From NCBI GenBank assembly GCA_029717555.1, contig JAMDHS010000043.1:62001-126000 (forward strand): 64,000 nt of DNA, written 5' to 3'. This document shows, piece after piece, positions 35,863 through 49,219 of the stretch. Position numbers and translations under genes: made by a program. Source of the DNA: Peribolospora baueri. Its lineage: Eukaryota. Numbering within the stretch: the stretch's first letter is position 1; each line of letters starts with the position of its first letter. The notes beneath the pieces were generated by a model. That model was not told the DNA's origin, made no database searches, and was given only the letters and a program-made list of their open reading frames with translations.

Positions 35863-38571
35863 CTAGTTCTCGTGCGGCTGAACGGTGGTCTCCACCGCGG
35901 CAGCGGCCTTGCCCTCATCGTGGCTGGGTACGTCGACGGACTTTTCGTTGTCCAGGTCGAGGGCGTCCTTGACGCCGAGGTGACTCGCATCCCATCCGTT
36001 TTCGACAAGGTACTGGATGAACCGCTCGTCCTCCTCTTGCATGTAGTCCTGCGTCGGGTTGGGAATGAAGAAGAAGGTGACGGCGGCGGACAGAATGGCG
36101 AGAGCGGAAGCGATCCAGAAGGGCTAGAAAATGGACGAAAAGAGAAAACTGAGTGAGCGAGCGAACAAGAGGCCTATGTGGCGGCTGAAAATGCTCACTC
36201 CGGTGGTGTGAATGGTGGACGACGACGGGCCGAGGTCGTTCTGAATGGGCTGGTAGACGTAGCTTCCGACGACTGAGAACAAGGAGCGGTCGGTGGGTGG
36301 GTCAGAATGAGCGCCGAACCGAAACGATGGGCAGAGTTTTGACGTCAGCAGGTGGCCCACGAGACGGAAAAAAAAAAAAAGGCTGCAAAGAGCACTCACA
36401 GGCTCCGATCTTGCCGACGGCCGCCGCAGCGCCGTAGAAGTGACCGCGAACCATGGTCGGACCGGCGGCCTTGGCGGCCAGCAGGCCGAGGTTGTTTCCG
36501 GGTCTTTTGGGAGGAAAGGGGAAGGGAATGTAAAAGGGGCGGTGCCGTGTGTGTGAGCGAGCCGAGCCGACGGACCGACGGACGCTTCCCAGTCGACCGG
36601 ACCGGACCGGAGACGGGTGGGGCCGCGCGGAGAACGCACCCTACTTCACCAAAGCTCAAGAAGAGACCGTAGAGGACGATAAAGGCGCCGATGTGGCTCG
36701 AAGGCTTGGTGGTCAAGTTGTAGGTGCCGGTGAGGATGAATCCGATGATGGCCTGGCAGAGCAGACCGATGACCATGCAGTTCCTTGGCCCGACCTTGTC
36801 TGTAATGAAGGCACCGATAATGGTGCCGCTGAGATGGAGAAAGGAGGGCGGGGATAGGGAGAACGGTGAATCGAGGAACATGTCGTCTGCTTTAAAAGCC
36901 CAATGTGGGAGAAGATCCTCACGGAAGGTAGAACGTGTCTGGAGCAAGGACGGCGGCGGTAAGGTAGCAAGTCAGCATGTGTGTGCGCGTGTGTGTGGGT
37001 GTGTGTATGCGTACTCACTGATCAGACAACTCCAGCCGAGGGTCTGGTAGAGGGTTGCGTTCGGGATGACTAAAGGAAGAGAAAGTGGGTAGGAGAAGAA
37101 GCACGGTGAACTTGAGCATGAACGGCTGTCAGCGCGATGCGGACAGAGAGACACGAACCGGTGTCGATGATGACGTTGGAGTAGATGCCAGCCGGGTAAG
37201 TGACCTGTGAAAGTGAGAAAAAAAAGCGAAAGAGCGCGTTCGCGTTCGGTTCAGCAGGCCCACGTGCCGCCGCGAACCAGTCGAGCGAACTAACCCAGTC
37301 ATAGATCCACCAAGTGAGCGAGATGGCGAGGAGTTTGGGCCAGTAGCGCTTGAGGACGAGTGCCCAGGGGATGTCGTGCTGGAGACCTGCCTTGCGGTAC
37401 CGCTCAGGCTCGCGCATCTTTACACGGAAGAAGAGGACGAAGAGGGGTAGGAGACCGCCAAAGCCGAGGGAGACGCGCCAGACCCACTCGAGGTGGTCGG
37501 TGCCGAAGATGCAGAGGAGGAGGTAAGGGACAAAATAAGCGAGGACAAAGCCGATGTCGATCATTGTGTTGGTCGCCAGCACGAAGAGACGGTTCTGGGT
37601 GCCCTTTTTGACGCCCGGGTCTTCCGTGTTCTCGGACGCGGCGACGCTGGGTGCAGGTCAAGATGAGACGAGAGTGAGACGGGGACTGCGCGTCGGTGGT
37701 CAAAAGACGCAGAGGAGGACGCACCTGCCGGCCGGGTATTCGGCGCCTGCCAAGGGAGGAAGCGTGAAAGAGGAGAAGGACGATAAGCGGACTCGGGTCC
37801 GTCGACGGTTCGGGGCGCGTCGCGTCACGCACCGATAGCGATCCCCTGGAGAAAGCGGTAGGCGACCAAGGCCTGCTGCAAGCCCTTGATGGAGCCGTTG
37901 GCGCCCCAGGCGAGGCCGGACATGAAGGCCCAGAGGGCCAACCAGACGGAGGCAAAGAGCATGCCAAACTTGCGGCCGATGCGGTCGCTGAGGACGCCGA
38001 AGACGAGCATGCCGACGACGGTGCCGGCAAATACGAGGGAGGAGAAGAGCTTGGAGTAGTCGTTGAACTGCTCGGGGGCGGGGGACATTTGCTTAATCCA
38101 AGCGGAGATCAGGGTATTGGCCGCCCCGCTGACGGCGTTCACATAACTTCAGGGAGGGAAAGAGGCGGAAGAGAGTGAGGTGAGTGAGGAAAGGCGACGA
38201 CAAGGCGTCCGATCACTGGGTCCTGTCGGGAACGTACCCGTCCGAGACTGGTCATCGAAAGCGACGGCGGGAAAGGGAAAAGGAGGCGGCGCGGGTCAGA
38301 AGGGCACGAAGAGGCAAGCGATCGATGGCGGGCCGCCTGGCGCAGAGGTTCGACTCGACGGCAGTACTCACAAAGCGCGGCACCTAGCGGGCGAGGGCGA
38401 GGGCGAGGGGCGAGGCGGATATAGAGGAGAGAGGGGCGAGGGGAGAAGGTGAGCGGGCGTCGGGGCGTGGCCGTCGTCGTGTCCAGTCCGTCCATCCATC
38501 CGTCCGTCAGTTCACTCACCGCACGCGAACACGGTCGCGACCTTTCCGAGGCCGGTGTTGGAGTCGCCCAT
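35863..38571 (-). CDS. MFS glycerophosphodiester permease (Git1-like)
   Basis: Spliced ACGAALFSDGYVN, GMLVFGVLSDRIGRKFG, GIAIGAEYPAGSVAASE, WRVSLGFG, WWIYDW, FGEVGPGNNLGLLA, PFWIAS. Confidence 0.88.
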
Positions 38572-39290
38572 CTTGGACTGCCGCCTAGGCTATATGGGGG
38601 CGAGAAGGAGAGGAGGAGGGTCGGTGGTGGGACGGGAGGAGGAGGGAGGAGGGGAGGATGGTGGGCACGGGGAGGAAGAAGCGGGCCTGGGATATTTGAG
38701 GAGGGTGGAGTAACGATCAGGCGAGCGCAAGCAAGCTCGAGGGAGCGGCCGCTCCGCCGTCGGCGCCGCGGCAGGCTGCCGGATTCATTCTCGACGTGGG
38801 CGGGTGTGGGCAGGGCAGGGGAGATAAGCGAGAGCAGATGGGCGGGTTAATGTGAATTTCCTTTCTTCCTATGCCTTTTCGACGCTTCGACTAGATACAA
38901 CTTGCATGCCTCCTGCTGCTTGCTTAAACGGGCGGAGGTGTCAGGCACGGGTGGCACCGCAGCTGCTGACGGCTCGCGGCTCAGAATGCTCAGCCGCCTG
39001 TTCAGCTCGCGTCTGCCTCCGTGCGATGGGCGAGCGGCGGGCGAGCGCACGTGCGAGGGAATTGGTCTTGCCTGTGCGAGGGTCGAGTCCCGGACGATCA
39101 TGATGATCATGATGGGAAGAACGTTGCGGCGTCCGAATCACAGGCAGTGGCCGTCCAGTCTCGACGCGTAACCCTAACCCCCCGACACCGTCCATCCAGC
39201 CTTGCAGGGCCTGCTTCGATGCCTCACGCTCGTCAAGACGTCTGGCCGCGGACCAACTTAGCACTTCGTTCCATTTCATTCCATTCCATA

Positions 39291-41515
39291 TCATGCCTGC
39301 TGCTCCCGTTTCTTCGGTCGTCCGACGTGCTCCCCCGCCGCCATTTGCACGACCGACCGACTGCGACTGGAAAGAAGGGCGAGCGCTTCGTCGTCTGTCT
39401 TCTTCGTCTCGGTCGCCCCGGTCGCCCCGGCGCTCCCGCCCGTCGTCGTCTTGACCTTCTTTCGCTTGTTCTTCTTGAGCCTCTTCCGCTCCGCCGCGTT
39501 CACGCTCTTCTCTTCCTTCCTCTCTTCCATCTTCGACTCGGACGCTGGTGCCCATCCACCGTCTCCGCCGTGCCTTCTTCTTGCGCCGTCGCGAACAAAG
39601 CACGCCACGAAGAAGCCGTTGGTCCCCTCCACATGCGGCTCCTCTCCCAGCCCAGACCTCCCGCCCGGCTCGCATCTGACTAAGCTCGCGGCCAGCGTCT
39701 CGTCTCCCCCCATCTCTTCCGCCTCGCCTCGCGTAGGCCATGATGGGATCACGCCCTCGTCCCGACGGGCCAGCCGCCAGCCTGTGGCGGCGCCTTCGGG
39801 CGAGGAGAGCGCGGAGAGCACGACGTGCTCGTCTTCGATCGCGTGGTGCGAACACGTCGAGTAGACTAGTCGCTCCAGCGCCGGAACTGTCGTGACCCAA
39901 GGGTGGGTGACGGAGCCGCGAGGCCGTCGAAAGGAATCGAATCGTCACAGCAGAGCAGAGCAAAGCGATCGATCGGAGGAAGCAACTCACATCTCATCGC
40001 GTGTCGCACCATTGACAGCTGGAAAGCCGCGAGCGCTTGGAGCCGCTCTTTACCCTCATCTACGTCTTCCTGCTCCTGGTCGCCTTCCAAAAGACTGCGC
40101 GCGCACACGTGGGATCCGAGTCGAGTCGGACTACCATCAGACGAGCGAGCGATGCTCGCACGAGAGAAGCGAGGGTACGGTGCATGCACTCACTAGTCCA
40201 GTCTCCCCACGATTCCGCTTCCGCTACAGCTCGGATCGACGAGCATGTGCGTCACCCGGCTCCACCGTTCGTCCTCAGGGTCCGTCGAGAGGAAGTCAGC
40301 CTGAATGGGGTGAACGTTGCCAATGGGTTGCCCTGGGGCCGGTGACGCGTCGTCGAGCGCTTCAGCCTTTCGTTTCGACTTGGACGTAGCTTTGTACACG
40401 GCCTTATCGCGAGGTGTGCCACAGATCCGTGACAGTTGGGAGACGAGCGTCTTGAATCTTTGCGGCGAACGTTCAAAGGCGTAAATCTGATGGTCCGAGC
40501 GAGATGGTTAAAAAAAGGATCGCGCAGACTGCCATATTGGCGCACACGTCGAGCCGCTCGTGCGCACAAGGCGTGCTGGCTGGTTGTGAAAACCCTCACC
40601 TTGCCTCGACCCTTCATCAATGCGCTCAGATGGCTCGTCTTGTTTCCCGGAGCGCTCGTAGCGTCGATGCATTCCACGCCATCCTCGGCGGGCGGGTTAA
40701 GCACCTCTGCCGGGAAGCAGGACGCCAGGTCCTGCAAGATCAGCGTGCCGTCCTCGTACAGCGGGAGAGCGGTGAGGCGAGAGGTCGTCGAAGGATGGAA
40801 CGCGAGAAGACCGGGTAGATGTGGAGAGAGGGCGAACTCTTTTCTGCTTTGGCGTAAAAGAAACGCTCTTCAGAATGGATTCTGTGTTTCGATCAGCGTT
40901 TCGTCCGAGCCGGCACGACGCTCACTCTGATCCAAGCTGTGGCCCAGCCACGAGCCGCCACCCCTTGTCTTGCAGCCGTAAAACCAAATCCTCCCTTGCC
41001 GCCCTCAGCTGATTGACTCTCACCCATCGCGGGATGCACCGCGCCCTCGCATTCCCCTCTGCTCCTAGATCCTCCACCCTCCGTTTGCCGAGCTTGACTT
41101 GGAGCCGCGTAAGCTCGGCCTTGAGTCTGCCGACGTGCCTTTCAAAAGCCCGCTTCAGAGGTCCATCGCCCGCCTGGATGCCGTGCTTCGTCAGAACAAG
41201 GTCGTGAGTGAGGACCAGAGCTAACGCGTGCGGAGATGGCGGCGCCCATCCCTTGCCATTTTCTCGATCTCTCGCTCCTGCCGTCGCCGCCACAGACGCG
41301 ACCACTTTTCCCTCCAGCTTGAGCACGCCCGCCTTGTCGAGCACGGTGTCGAGCGCGGAGCGGAATTTGAGCGCGCGGATGACGAGCGCGAGCAGCCGAC
41401 GTCGATCCTTGGGGGACGAGGCGGGCGACGCAGACGCGGAGCAAACGGCCTTGACGGAGCCTTGACGAGCGTCGAGACGGTCGATGGCCTGCGCGGCTCG
41501 AAAGTAGAAATCCAT
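39291..41515 (-). CDS. RCM1: 25S rRNA cytosine-C5 methyltransferase (Rcm1/NSUN5)
   Basis: IPRWVRVN, ILQDLASCFPA, IDATSAPGNKTSHL, LVDPSCSGSG, LAAFQL, YSTCSHHAIEDEHVV, GTNGFFVACF. Confidence 0.9.
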
Positions 41516-42014
41516 AAACGAGCGGTTCGCGAGTCGAAACGAGCCTTTCGAGCTGCGTCGTCGACTAGGGCTTGTCTGGAGAGCTTGCGAAGCAAAGCCT
41601 TGTCGTCAAGACTCCATCCGCTGCAAGTGTTCCCGGTAAACGAAAGGCTGCGGCACAGTAATGACTTCTTGGGACGGACCTTCTAGCGACCTCGTTCCTG
41701 TGCTCGACTAGAGAGCTTCTTTTTCGCCTTTTTTGTTCCTCGCAAGCTTCGATTCTGCCTCTGTGGCCATAGAGAAGTCATCCCCTTGACGCCCTCCTGT
41801 CACACCCTGCCTTGCCCCATGGAAGACCTCCGGAGAAGCAAGATGCTGCCTCGTCGGTGCAACAGACGACACTTACGTAATCCGACTGCGGCGAGCTACA
41901 GTTTTGAACGCCGGTTGGACGCAAGGAAAGGATTCTCTCACTCGCTCGGTTGCCACTCCCATCCATCTTCATTCCGTCTCAGGAGCCGTCTGCGGTCATA
42001 GGGCGAAGAGAGAA

Positions 42015-43939
42015 ATGGTGGTCGACACGGAACTGTATGACCTGCTCGGGGTCCATGTCGAGGCCAGTCAAGGTGAGCTGAGCTTGGTACTCTTGCGCCC
42101 TATACGTCTTCATCTCCGCCGGGCAACCCGGCCACCGTGGAAGAAAGAGGAGGCGCATTCGCTCTTGCCGAGCTATCATTGGGCTGAACCCATGGCCTCC
42201 CTTCTCTTGTGTGACCGGACTAGGCGAGATCAAGAAGGCGTATCGCAAGCAAAGCTTGCTCCATCACCCGGACAAGGTGAGCTGTGATCCAGTTTCGCTT
42301 AAGATCTCGCCAAAGGAAACGCCGTAGGACTTCGCAGTCGCTGAGGCCATATCTCCTCCTTATTTCCGTCGTCAGAACCCGAACGATGAAGGCGCAAGTG
42401 CAAGATTCCAGGCCATTTCCCAAGCTTATGAGGTGAGTCGTCCGTTGGCCGGGCGATCGATGACTTGTCCTCGAGATGTCCTAATACCACTACCACGCTC
42501 TACCGTATAGGTTCTTTCCAACCCGGACTCTAGAGCAGAGTATGACATGTACGGCTCCAAGGGCGATACCTCTGACGGCTTCCCACCAGGCATGAACCCT
42601 GACGACATCTTCGCGCAGATGTTCGGCATGGGCGGCATGGGAGGCATGGGAATGGGCATGGGGGGTATGCCCCGGGGCGGTCCGCGAAGACGTGGTCCGC
42701 GAATGGGCGAGAACCAGACGATTCCGTACAAGGTCACACTCGAGGACCTGTACAAGGGAAAGGTGGTGACGATGAACATGGAGAAGAACATCATCTGTCC
42801 CACTTGTACTGGGTGAGTTACGAGAAGGTCGCCACGCACCTGTTCATTGATCTGGAAGAAACTCACTCGTATATCTCGTCATCTTGTAGCTCTGGCGGAA
42901 AGCCCAACACCCGACCCAAGAAGTGCTCAAAATGTGACGGCAAGGGCAGCATCATCATGTCTCGTCAAGTTGGCAGCGGCATGATCTCCCAGAGCCAGGT
43001 CATTTGTCCTGAGTGCGGGGGAGACGGCGAAAAGCTACGCGAAAAGGACAGGTGCGTCTTCCCGTAGGTCGCATGAGGCCTGCGATGAGTCCCACTCATG
43101 TCCGTGGTTCTCCTTCCGTTCGCAGATGCAAGAAGTGCAAGGGAGAAAAGACGATCAAAGACCGGAAGAAGATCGAAGTCCGGATAGAGAAGGGCATGCA
43201 TGACGGGCAGAAGATCGTTTTGAAAGGAGAGGGTGATCAGGAAGTAAGTTCTTGCTTAGCGCCACCCTGAACGGCTTCATTGTGACTCGTCGTTGACATC
43301 TTCTCTGTCGTCCTTCTTTCCCTTTAGCCGGACATGGAGCCCGGAGACATCATCTTCCTCCTTCAACAGGCCCCCCATCCCACCTTTGAAGTGCGAGGGC
43401 TGGACCTTCTTACGACCGTCCGACTGACTTTAACCGAAGCGCTCTTTGGCTTTTCGCGCGTCATTCTTACTCACCTCGATGGACGCGCCGTCCGCCTTAC
43501 CCGGCCGGGGCCGAAGGACGGAGGGACAGTGGTGAGGACTGGGGACGTGGAGAAGATCCGGGAGGAGGGCATGCCGCGAGAGCGGACGCATGAGCGGGGC
43601 GATTTATTCGTCAAGTACGAGGTGGAAATGCCTAGTGAGGAATGGGTGCGGGGAATCGACGAGAACGTAAGTATGCGGAACGCGGATTTCCATGGCGCTG
43701 GCATTCAGTGTATGCTCAACGTCCGTTTTTCCCGACAGTCCTTGCACGGGCTCCTCCCGCCAAAGAAAGCCGACCCGCCGAGCACGTCTGACACCGTAGT
43801 GGACGAGGTAACGGCAGAGGTCGCCAGTATGGCTCAGTTCGGTTCCAACCACGCTGGGACCGACGAGGATTGGGAAGACGAGGAAGAGGGCAATTATGAC
43901 GATGACGACGGACCGAACGTGCAGTGCCAGCCTCAGTGA
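42015..43939 (+). CDS. Type I DnaJ/Hsp40 co-chaperone (Ydj1/Mas5/Xdj1 family) with a CaaX end
   Basis: [26 protein letters not shown]-domain, G/M-rich linker, four CxxCxG repeats, C-terminal CQPQ*. Confidence 0.93.
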
Positions 43940-44382
43940 TAGGTATACCCGCCGCTCACCGCTGCGAACGGGCGGAGAGCGTTTTCGTCGAGCCCAAGCG
44001 CTTGCATCGTCTACTCTCCAGCCCGCCGTAATTTGCGCGCACATTACCGCTCCTCACACCCCCGCTCCTCTTGTTCCAGCTTCCCTGTGGGCCGTTTCAG
44101 GACGAACCTCCGCGAACTATTTAGACGTTACGAACGCGATGCATAGTGTAGTTTAGCTCAGTCGGACCCGACTGCAAGTTGCTTGCACTGCGACGGGAAC
44201 TTGCCTCCCCTGCGAAGAAAGCCAGAGGCTGCTCGCTATAGAGACGAAGGTCAGGTCAGCCGTCTGTACCGGGACGCCGTCTGATCGCGGGGCTCCGGCT
44301 CCGGCATACTCAGCGTCCCGCTCCCGGCAATCGACGATCACCTCGCACGAGCTTCCGCCGACGACACACACCCAAGTTGTTT

Positions 44383-44452
44383 GTCGACTACCAGTTGCTT
44401 GTCGACTACCAGTTGCTTGTCGACTACCAGTTGCTTCTTGACCACCAGTGGC
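44383..44452. repeat. 18-bp tandem repeat (GTCGACTACCAGTTGCTT)x3 plus one degenerate copy
   Basis: Perfect units at 44383, 44401 and 44419; degenerate unit at 44437. Confidence 0.95.
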
Positions 44453-44466
44453 AGCCGGCCTTCGCC

Positions 44467-46278
44467 ATGGCTCCGCCTCCGTCGCTCGCCTGGGGGTCTC
44501 TACCTCGCACCGCCGTCCGCGAGGGCGCCTTTACGTCCCCCACCTCCAGCCACGTCTACCACTACTTCGACATCCACCCCCCACCTTCCCCGCTTTCCGA
44601 ATCCCCCACCATCGCCCACGGTCTCCCTCCCGCCCCGTCACCCACCATACTCCTCCTCCACGGCTTTCCGGACCTTGGCATTGGCTGGCGCCCCGTCTTG
44701 CCCCGCCTGGCGGAGATGGGCTTTCGATGCATCGTCCCCGATCAGCTCGGGTACGGCGGCAGCAGCAAACCTTACGGGGTGGAGAAGTATGCTCTGAGAG
44801 ATATGTGTGTGCAAGTGGGAGAATTGCTCGACGAGGTGGTTGGCGTTGGGCAGAAGGTCATCGTTGTCGGTCATGATTGGTGAGTCGCGATGGGCGTGTA
44901 TGTGCGGACGCTGGCGGACTTCCCTGAACTGTCTGATCCGAAGCTGTTCGCCTTTTCTTACATACGGTCTCGTTCGCGCATTGTTGGTGTGCTCGCTTTT
45001 GACAGGGGAGGATGGATGGCCTGGCGCTTTGCACAGTGGCAGTCTCATCGTGTGCTCGGCGTCGCAAGGCGAGTTTGGTGGCCAGCTTCTTAAACGACGG
45101 CGGGTAGGAGCTCCGGGACTTGCTTATCTGATATACTTGCCGTTGCCCATTCCCATTCACTTTCCTTCGTCTCTCTTTCTGACCACTCGACAGCATCTGC
45201 ACGCCATTTACTCCGGCCTCCTCTCGTTACCTCCCTGTCGAAGAAGTGGCGCGCAGGGCGCCCTCTCTCAGCTATCAGGTCTTCTTCGCCAGTGACGACA
45301 GCACAGAGGTGATCGAGCAAAATGTTAGTATATGGAGCGGGAACGACCTTGGCTCGACTTGCCATCTGCGGCTTTAGCCAGAAACTGTCATGCTGGCCTC
45401 GGACTTCGCTTCCCTAACTATCCATGCTCACGACACTGTTCCCCATCTTTGTCGCGTCGTTCCCAGCTCCATACCTTTTTTTCGCAGGTGTTCAAGGCCG
45501 GAAGTTCCTCCAAAGAAGGCGAATGGGTCGGACGGCAGCCTGACGCCCTCTTGAACGGCTCTAAAGCTTCCCCGACCAGGGCGTTAAAATTGGGCGATGG
45601 GACGGTCCTTTCCGACGAGGTAGGCTTGGACCAGCACATGGCGAGCAGAGTCAGAATCTGAAAGCTAAGCCTGCAGAGTGAACTGAGGGAGCTTTGGTCA
45701 TTCTGTGGGTTCGTCGGGTCGCAGGAGATGACCTTCTACCTCGACACTTTCCGGGCGGGAGGCATGAGGTACGCAGACGGCCATTCCACCCAAGGGGACG
45801 TTACGCGTTAAGGGGCTGCAAAGTTGGTCAGAACTCACGAGCCACTCTGACCCCATCCCGCCTCGATCAATCCGAAGGGGCCCACTCAATTGGTACCGGA
45901 CGCGCAAGATCAATTTTGAACAAGAGAAAAGTGAGGCCCGTGGAGCCCTTCGCCTTCCGTTTCGCAAGGTCAGAGCTGACTCATCTCCGAGCTACATCAC
46001 TCTGCCTATATCGCCCCCACTCAGACATCCCGCCTCTCCCGCCTACCCTGCCGGCTCTCTTCGTTCTCGCCACGGCCGATCCGGCTTTGGTACCCTCCCT
46101 GGCGCGCAACATGACCACTCGTGTGCCCGGCGTGGAGATGGCCAAGCTCGAAGGCTGCGGTCACTGGGCCATGTTGGAGCGTGGGGACGAGTGCGCACGA
46201 ATCATCGGCGAGTGGGCAGGTCGAGTCGCAGAGGGCAAGGCGAATAGGCAAAGCGGGAGCGTCCCAGCCAGACTTTAG
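44467..46278 (+). CDS. Alpha/beta-fold epoxide hydrolase-like protein with a PTS1 (ARL)
   Basis: LLLHGFPD, PDQLGYGGSSKP, VGHDW|G nucleophile elbow, GPLNWYRT, GCGHWAMLE; ends VPARL*. Confidence 0.88.
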
Positions 46279-46619
46279 GTGTTTCTCTCCATTCGTACTG
46301 CTTTCCGATTCCTCCTTCACGCACACGCCACCCCCGTTTGGTGATGACCTGTCCCATTCGAGTTCCGAGGTTCTTCGCCTTCGATGGTCCAAATTGGTAT
46401 CATGCTTCCTGTCTACCCCGCGCGTCCCACCGCAACACGAGGTGGTTCAATGATCGAACCGCTCAGAAGAGCGTCTTTTCGTCGCTCACATGCGCGGGAG
46501 CGGGAATGTACATTAGTGAGAATGCAAGGCAGTCTACGACGCCGGATGATACTCAGAAGCCAGATGGAAGGGGAGATCGAGGGAATTGAGCGACAAGGTT
46601 GCAACATTATCTCGTTCCA

Positions 46620-49022
46620 TCAATCCTCGTCCCAGCCCGGCCGCTGCTGAGGACTATACCGGAAAAGCAAACAGTCTTGAGTCAGTTCAACCATCGCCAC
46701 AGTAGAGTGTAGGGCGGTCAAAGCCCGGCGGAGAGGACGAGATGAGAGTCAAACGCACGCTTTGATGCCGGCGGGTTTGGACATGATGATCGAGTCGACT
46801 CGCAGCACGGTCACGGCCGCGTCGGTGGCGTACCGGAGGCCCCAGTGTCGAGCGGCGAGCACGTCGAGAATGCCCGCTTCGGTGGCGTTGAGTGTGCCAT
46901 CGTTCTCGCCCTGTGAGAAGAGGGGGGAGAGAAGCGAGGATGATACGGGATTTACCAGCTGTTGTCCGTTCCAATGTCTCGTCGTAATGCTAGCTCACCT
47001 CGATGTCCACACCAATATCCTTGCCCTCCTTGACGGTGTGCGCCGCGAACAGCTTGCTCAAAACCTCCGTCGCGTCCAGCCCCGCGTTCTCAGCCAAAGT
47101 CTTGGGCACGACCTCGAGCGCCTCTCCGAACTTTTTGATCGAGTGTTGGTTCAGCCCCGCAGTGCGCTCCCCGAACTCCGTGATGCGCTTCGCAAGCTCG
47201 ATCTCCGTCGCTCCGGCTCCGGGAACGAGGCGAGGGTCCTTGATGAGGCCTTTGATGACGTTCACGCCATCATCGATGGCGCGCTCGACGTCGTCCAGGT
47301 GGTTGCTGGTCGCGCCGCGGAGGACGATGGTGGACATTTTGGTCCTGCCCTGCCCACCTTCCTCCTGCCTGAATACCGTCACCCTATCCCCACCGATTTC
47401 CACGGTCTCCACCACGTCCACGTATCCAGCCTCCTCGGGCGACGGCGCGCCCAACCGGGCGAGCGGAGTGGCGCCCACGACCTTGCACAACCGGCGCAGG
47501 TCGAACTTGGAGAGCACCTTGACGACCAAAATGCCGAAACGGTTGAGGTAGTGCAGCGCTAGCTCGCCAATCGAAGAGCCGCCCACAACGACCTTAACGC
47601 CAGAGTCCGCGATTTCTTTGAAGATCTGGAAGAGAAGCCGGCCAACAAGGACTTTGCTTCAACAGGGCTGCCGGAGGAAAGAAAAAACGTCGCGCGGAAG
47701 AGACGCGAGGGGTAAACGCACCTTCTCCATCTGTTTCTCCTCGCCCTTAGTGAATTGGATCATCTCGTCCGCATTTTTGAGCAGGACAGTGCCTTTCGTC
47801 TCCGTTTGACCCACATCAATGCCGCTCGTGTATACCGCCACTTTGGCCTTTTCCGCTCGCTTGACGATGCCTGAGAGAATCGCCGTACGCTTCAGTGACG
47901 GAAGCTAGGGGCCAGGTTCTGCAACGTGGATGAGCGCACGCACCTTCAGGTTCTCTGCCAAACACCATCCCCTTGATGACCTTGCTCTCCATCAAGCTCC
48001 CGCCCATGATCTTGACGACGCGAATGCTGTCCACATTGAAACTCTTGAGCGCGCTCGAAGAGCCATCGATCTTACCCTTAGCGTCCTTGGGCAAAACGGA
48101 GGCGATGGCCTCAGCAACGAGCGGGGCGAGAATGTCTTCGCTTCCGTATTGCTTCGAGGCGATTGCAGGCTTGATCGCCGTCGTGAGCGATTCAACCGTA
48201 GGTGGCACGGCGAGGGAGGCGACGGAGAGCGCTAAAGGCGAGAACAGCGCGATGTCATGCGAAAAAGACCGTCAGACGTGGCCCTTCAGCATATGACATG
48301 GCCCACAGTATGACTCACTCTCAAGCTCCTCCAAAGCCTTATCCTTCGCCATCTCGTAGCCTTGAACGATCTCCGACGGATGGAGGCCCATGGTGAGCAG
48401 CCACTCCGCCTTTTTCAGGAGCTCGCCAGCGAAGATAAGGACAAGGTTGGTACCATCGCCAGCCTTCCAAAAGAAAAGCAGTCAAGGTCAGCATGACGAG
48501 GTGAAACGTAAATCTTCGGAAGGAAGAGACAGCGAACCTCGGCTTCTTGCTGTTGGCTAGCGAGCACAAGCACTTTTGCAGCTGGGTGGACGACCTCAAT
48601 CTCGCGGATGATGGTGGCAGCATCAGAAGTGACAAAAAGCTTCTCGAGGTGGTTGATGACCATCTTGTTGCGGCCTGTGTGCGAAGAGAAGAGGGCGGAT
48701 GATAGACAGGACGAGCGCTGTAAATCACTGGCTCGTTTGCAGCGCGGCAGAGATGGGATCCGCTCACCATTTGGGCCGAAGCTCGTGCGGACAATCTCCG
48801 AGAGCTCGCTCACGGCCTGAATGTTCCTGAGGACAGCATCTTCGAGACCGGAAGAGATCTTCGAGTGGATGTGACGGCGTGTACGACACGAATGAGAAGC
48901 CAGGTCCATGAACTCGAGAATCGTGTGCCTGTGCTCGCGTGCAGACGGCGCCTCACGGGACTCACCTTGTAACCCTCCTTAAAGAGGTTGATGTTGTTCG
49001 CCTGGGGTACCTTGAGCGACAT
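46620..49022 (-). CDS. CCT8: Chaperonin CCT/TRiC subunit theta
   Basis: MSLKVPQA, RTSFGPNGRNKMVINHLEKLFVTSDAATI, TETKGTVLLKNADE, LRGATSNHLDDVERAIDDGVN, IIMSKPAG..WDED*. Confidence 0.97.
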
Positions 49023-49219
49023 GTTGTTCGCCTTTCCTCTTTCTCTTCACACTGAGAGTTAGGCTGGACGTCGAGCTGCTCATCTACATAGGGGACGATC
49101 AGAAGGTTCATGCCCTCGCCGCAGCATTATGGTCGGAGTAGGGTTACTTGTCCAAGAGGTCAACTGCGGCGGCGAGAGGAGACGCGTAGACTTCACGTGG
49201 AATTGGCGGCTGGCTTGAC

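Noticed and set aside
39168..39181. TAACCCTAACCC telomere-like sequence (also near 24581)
   Set aside because: Only about two units, which is expected by chance.
44383..44452. Direct repeats considered as a CRISPR-like array (also 32206-32250)
   Set aside because: Units are head-to-tail with no spacers, and the context is eukaryotic.
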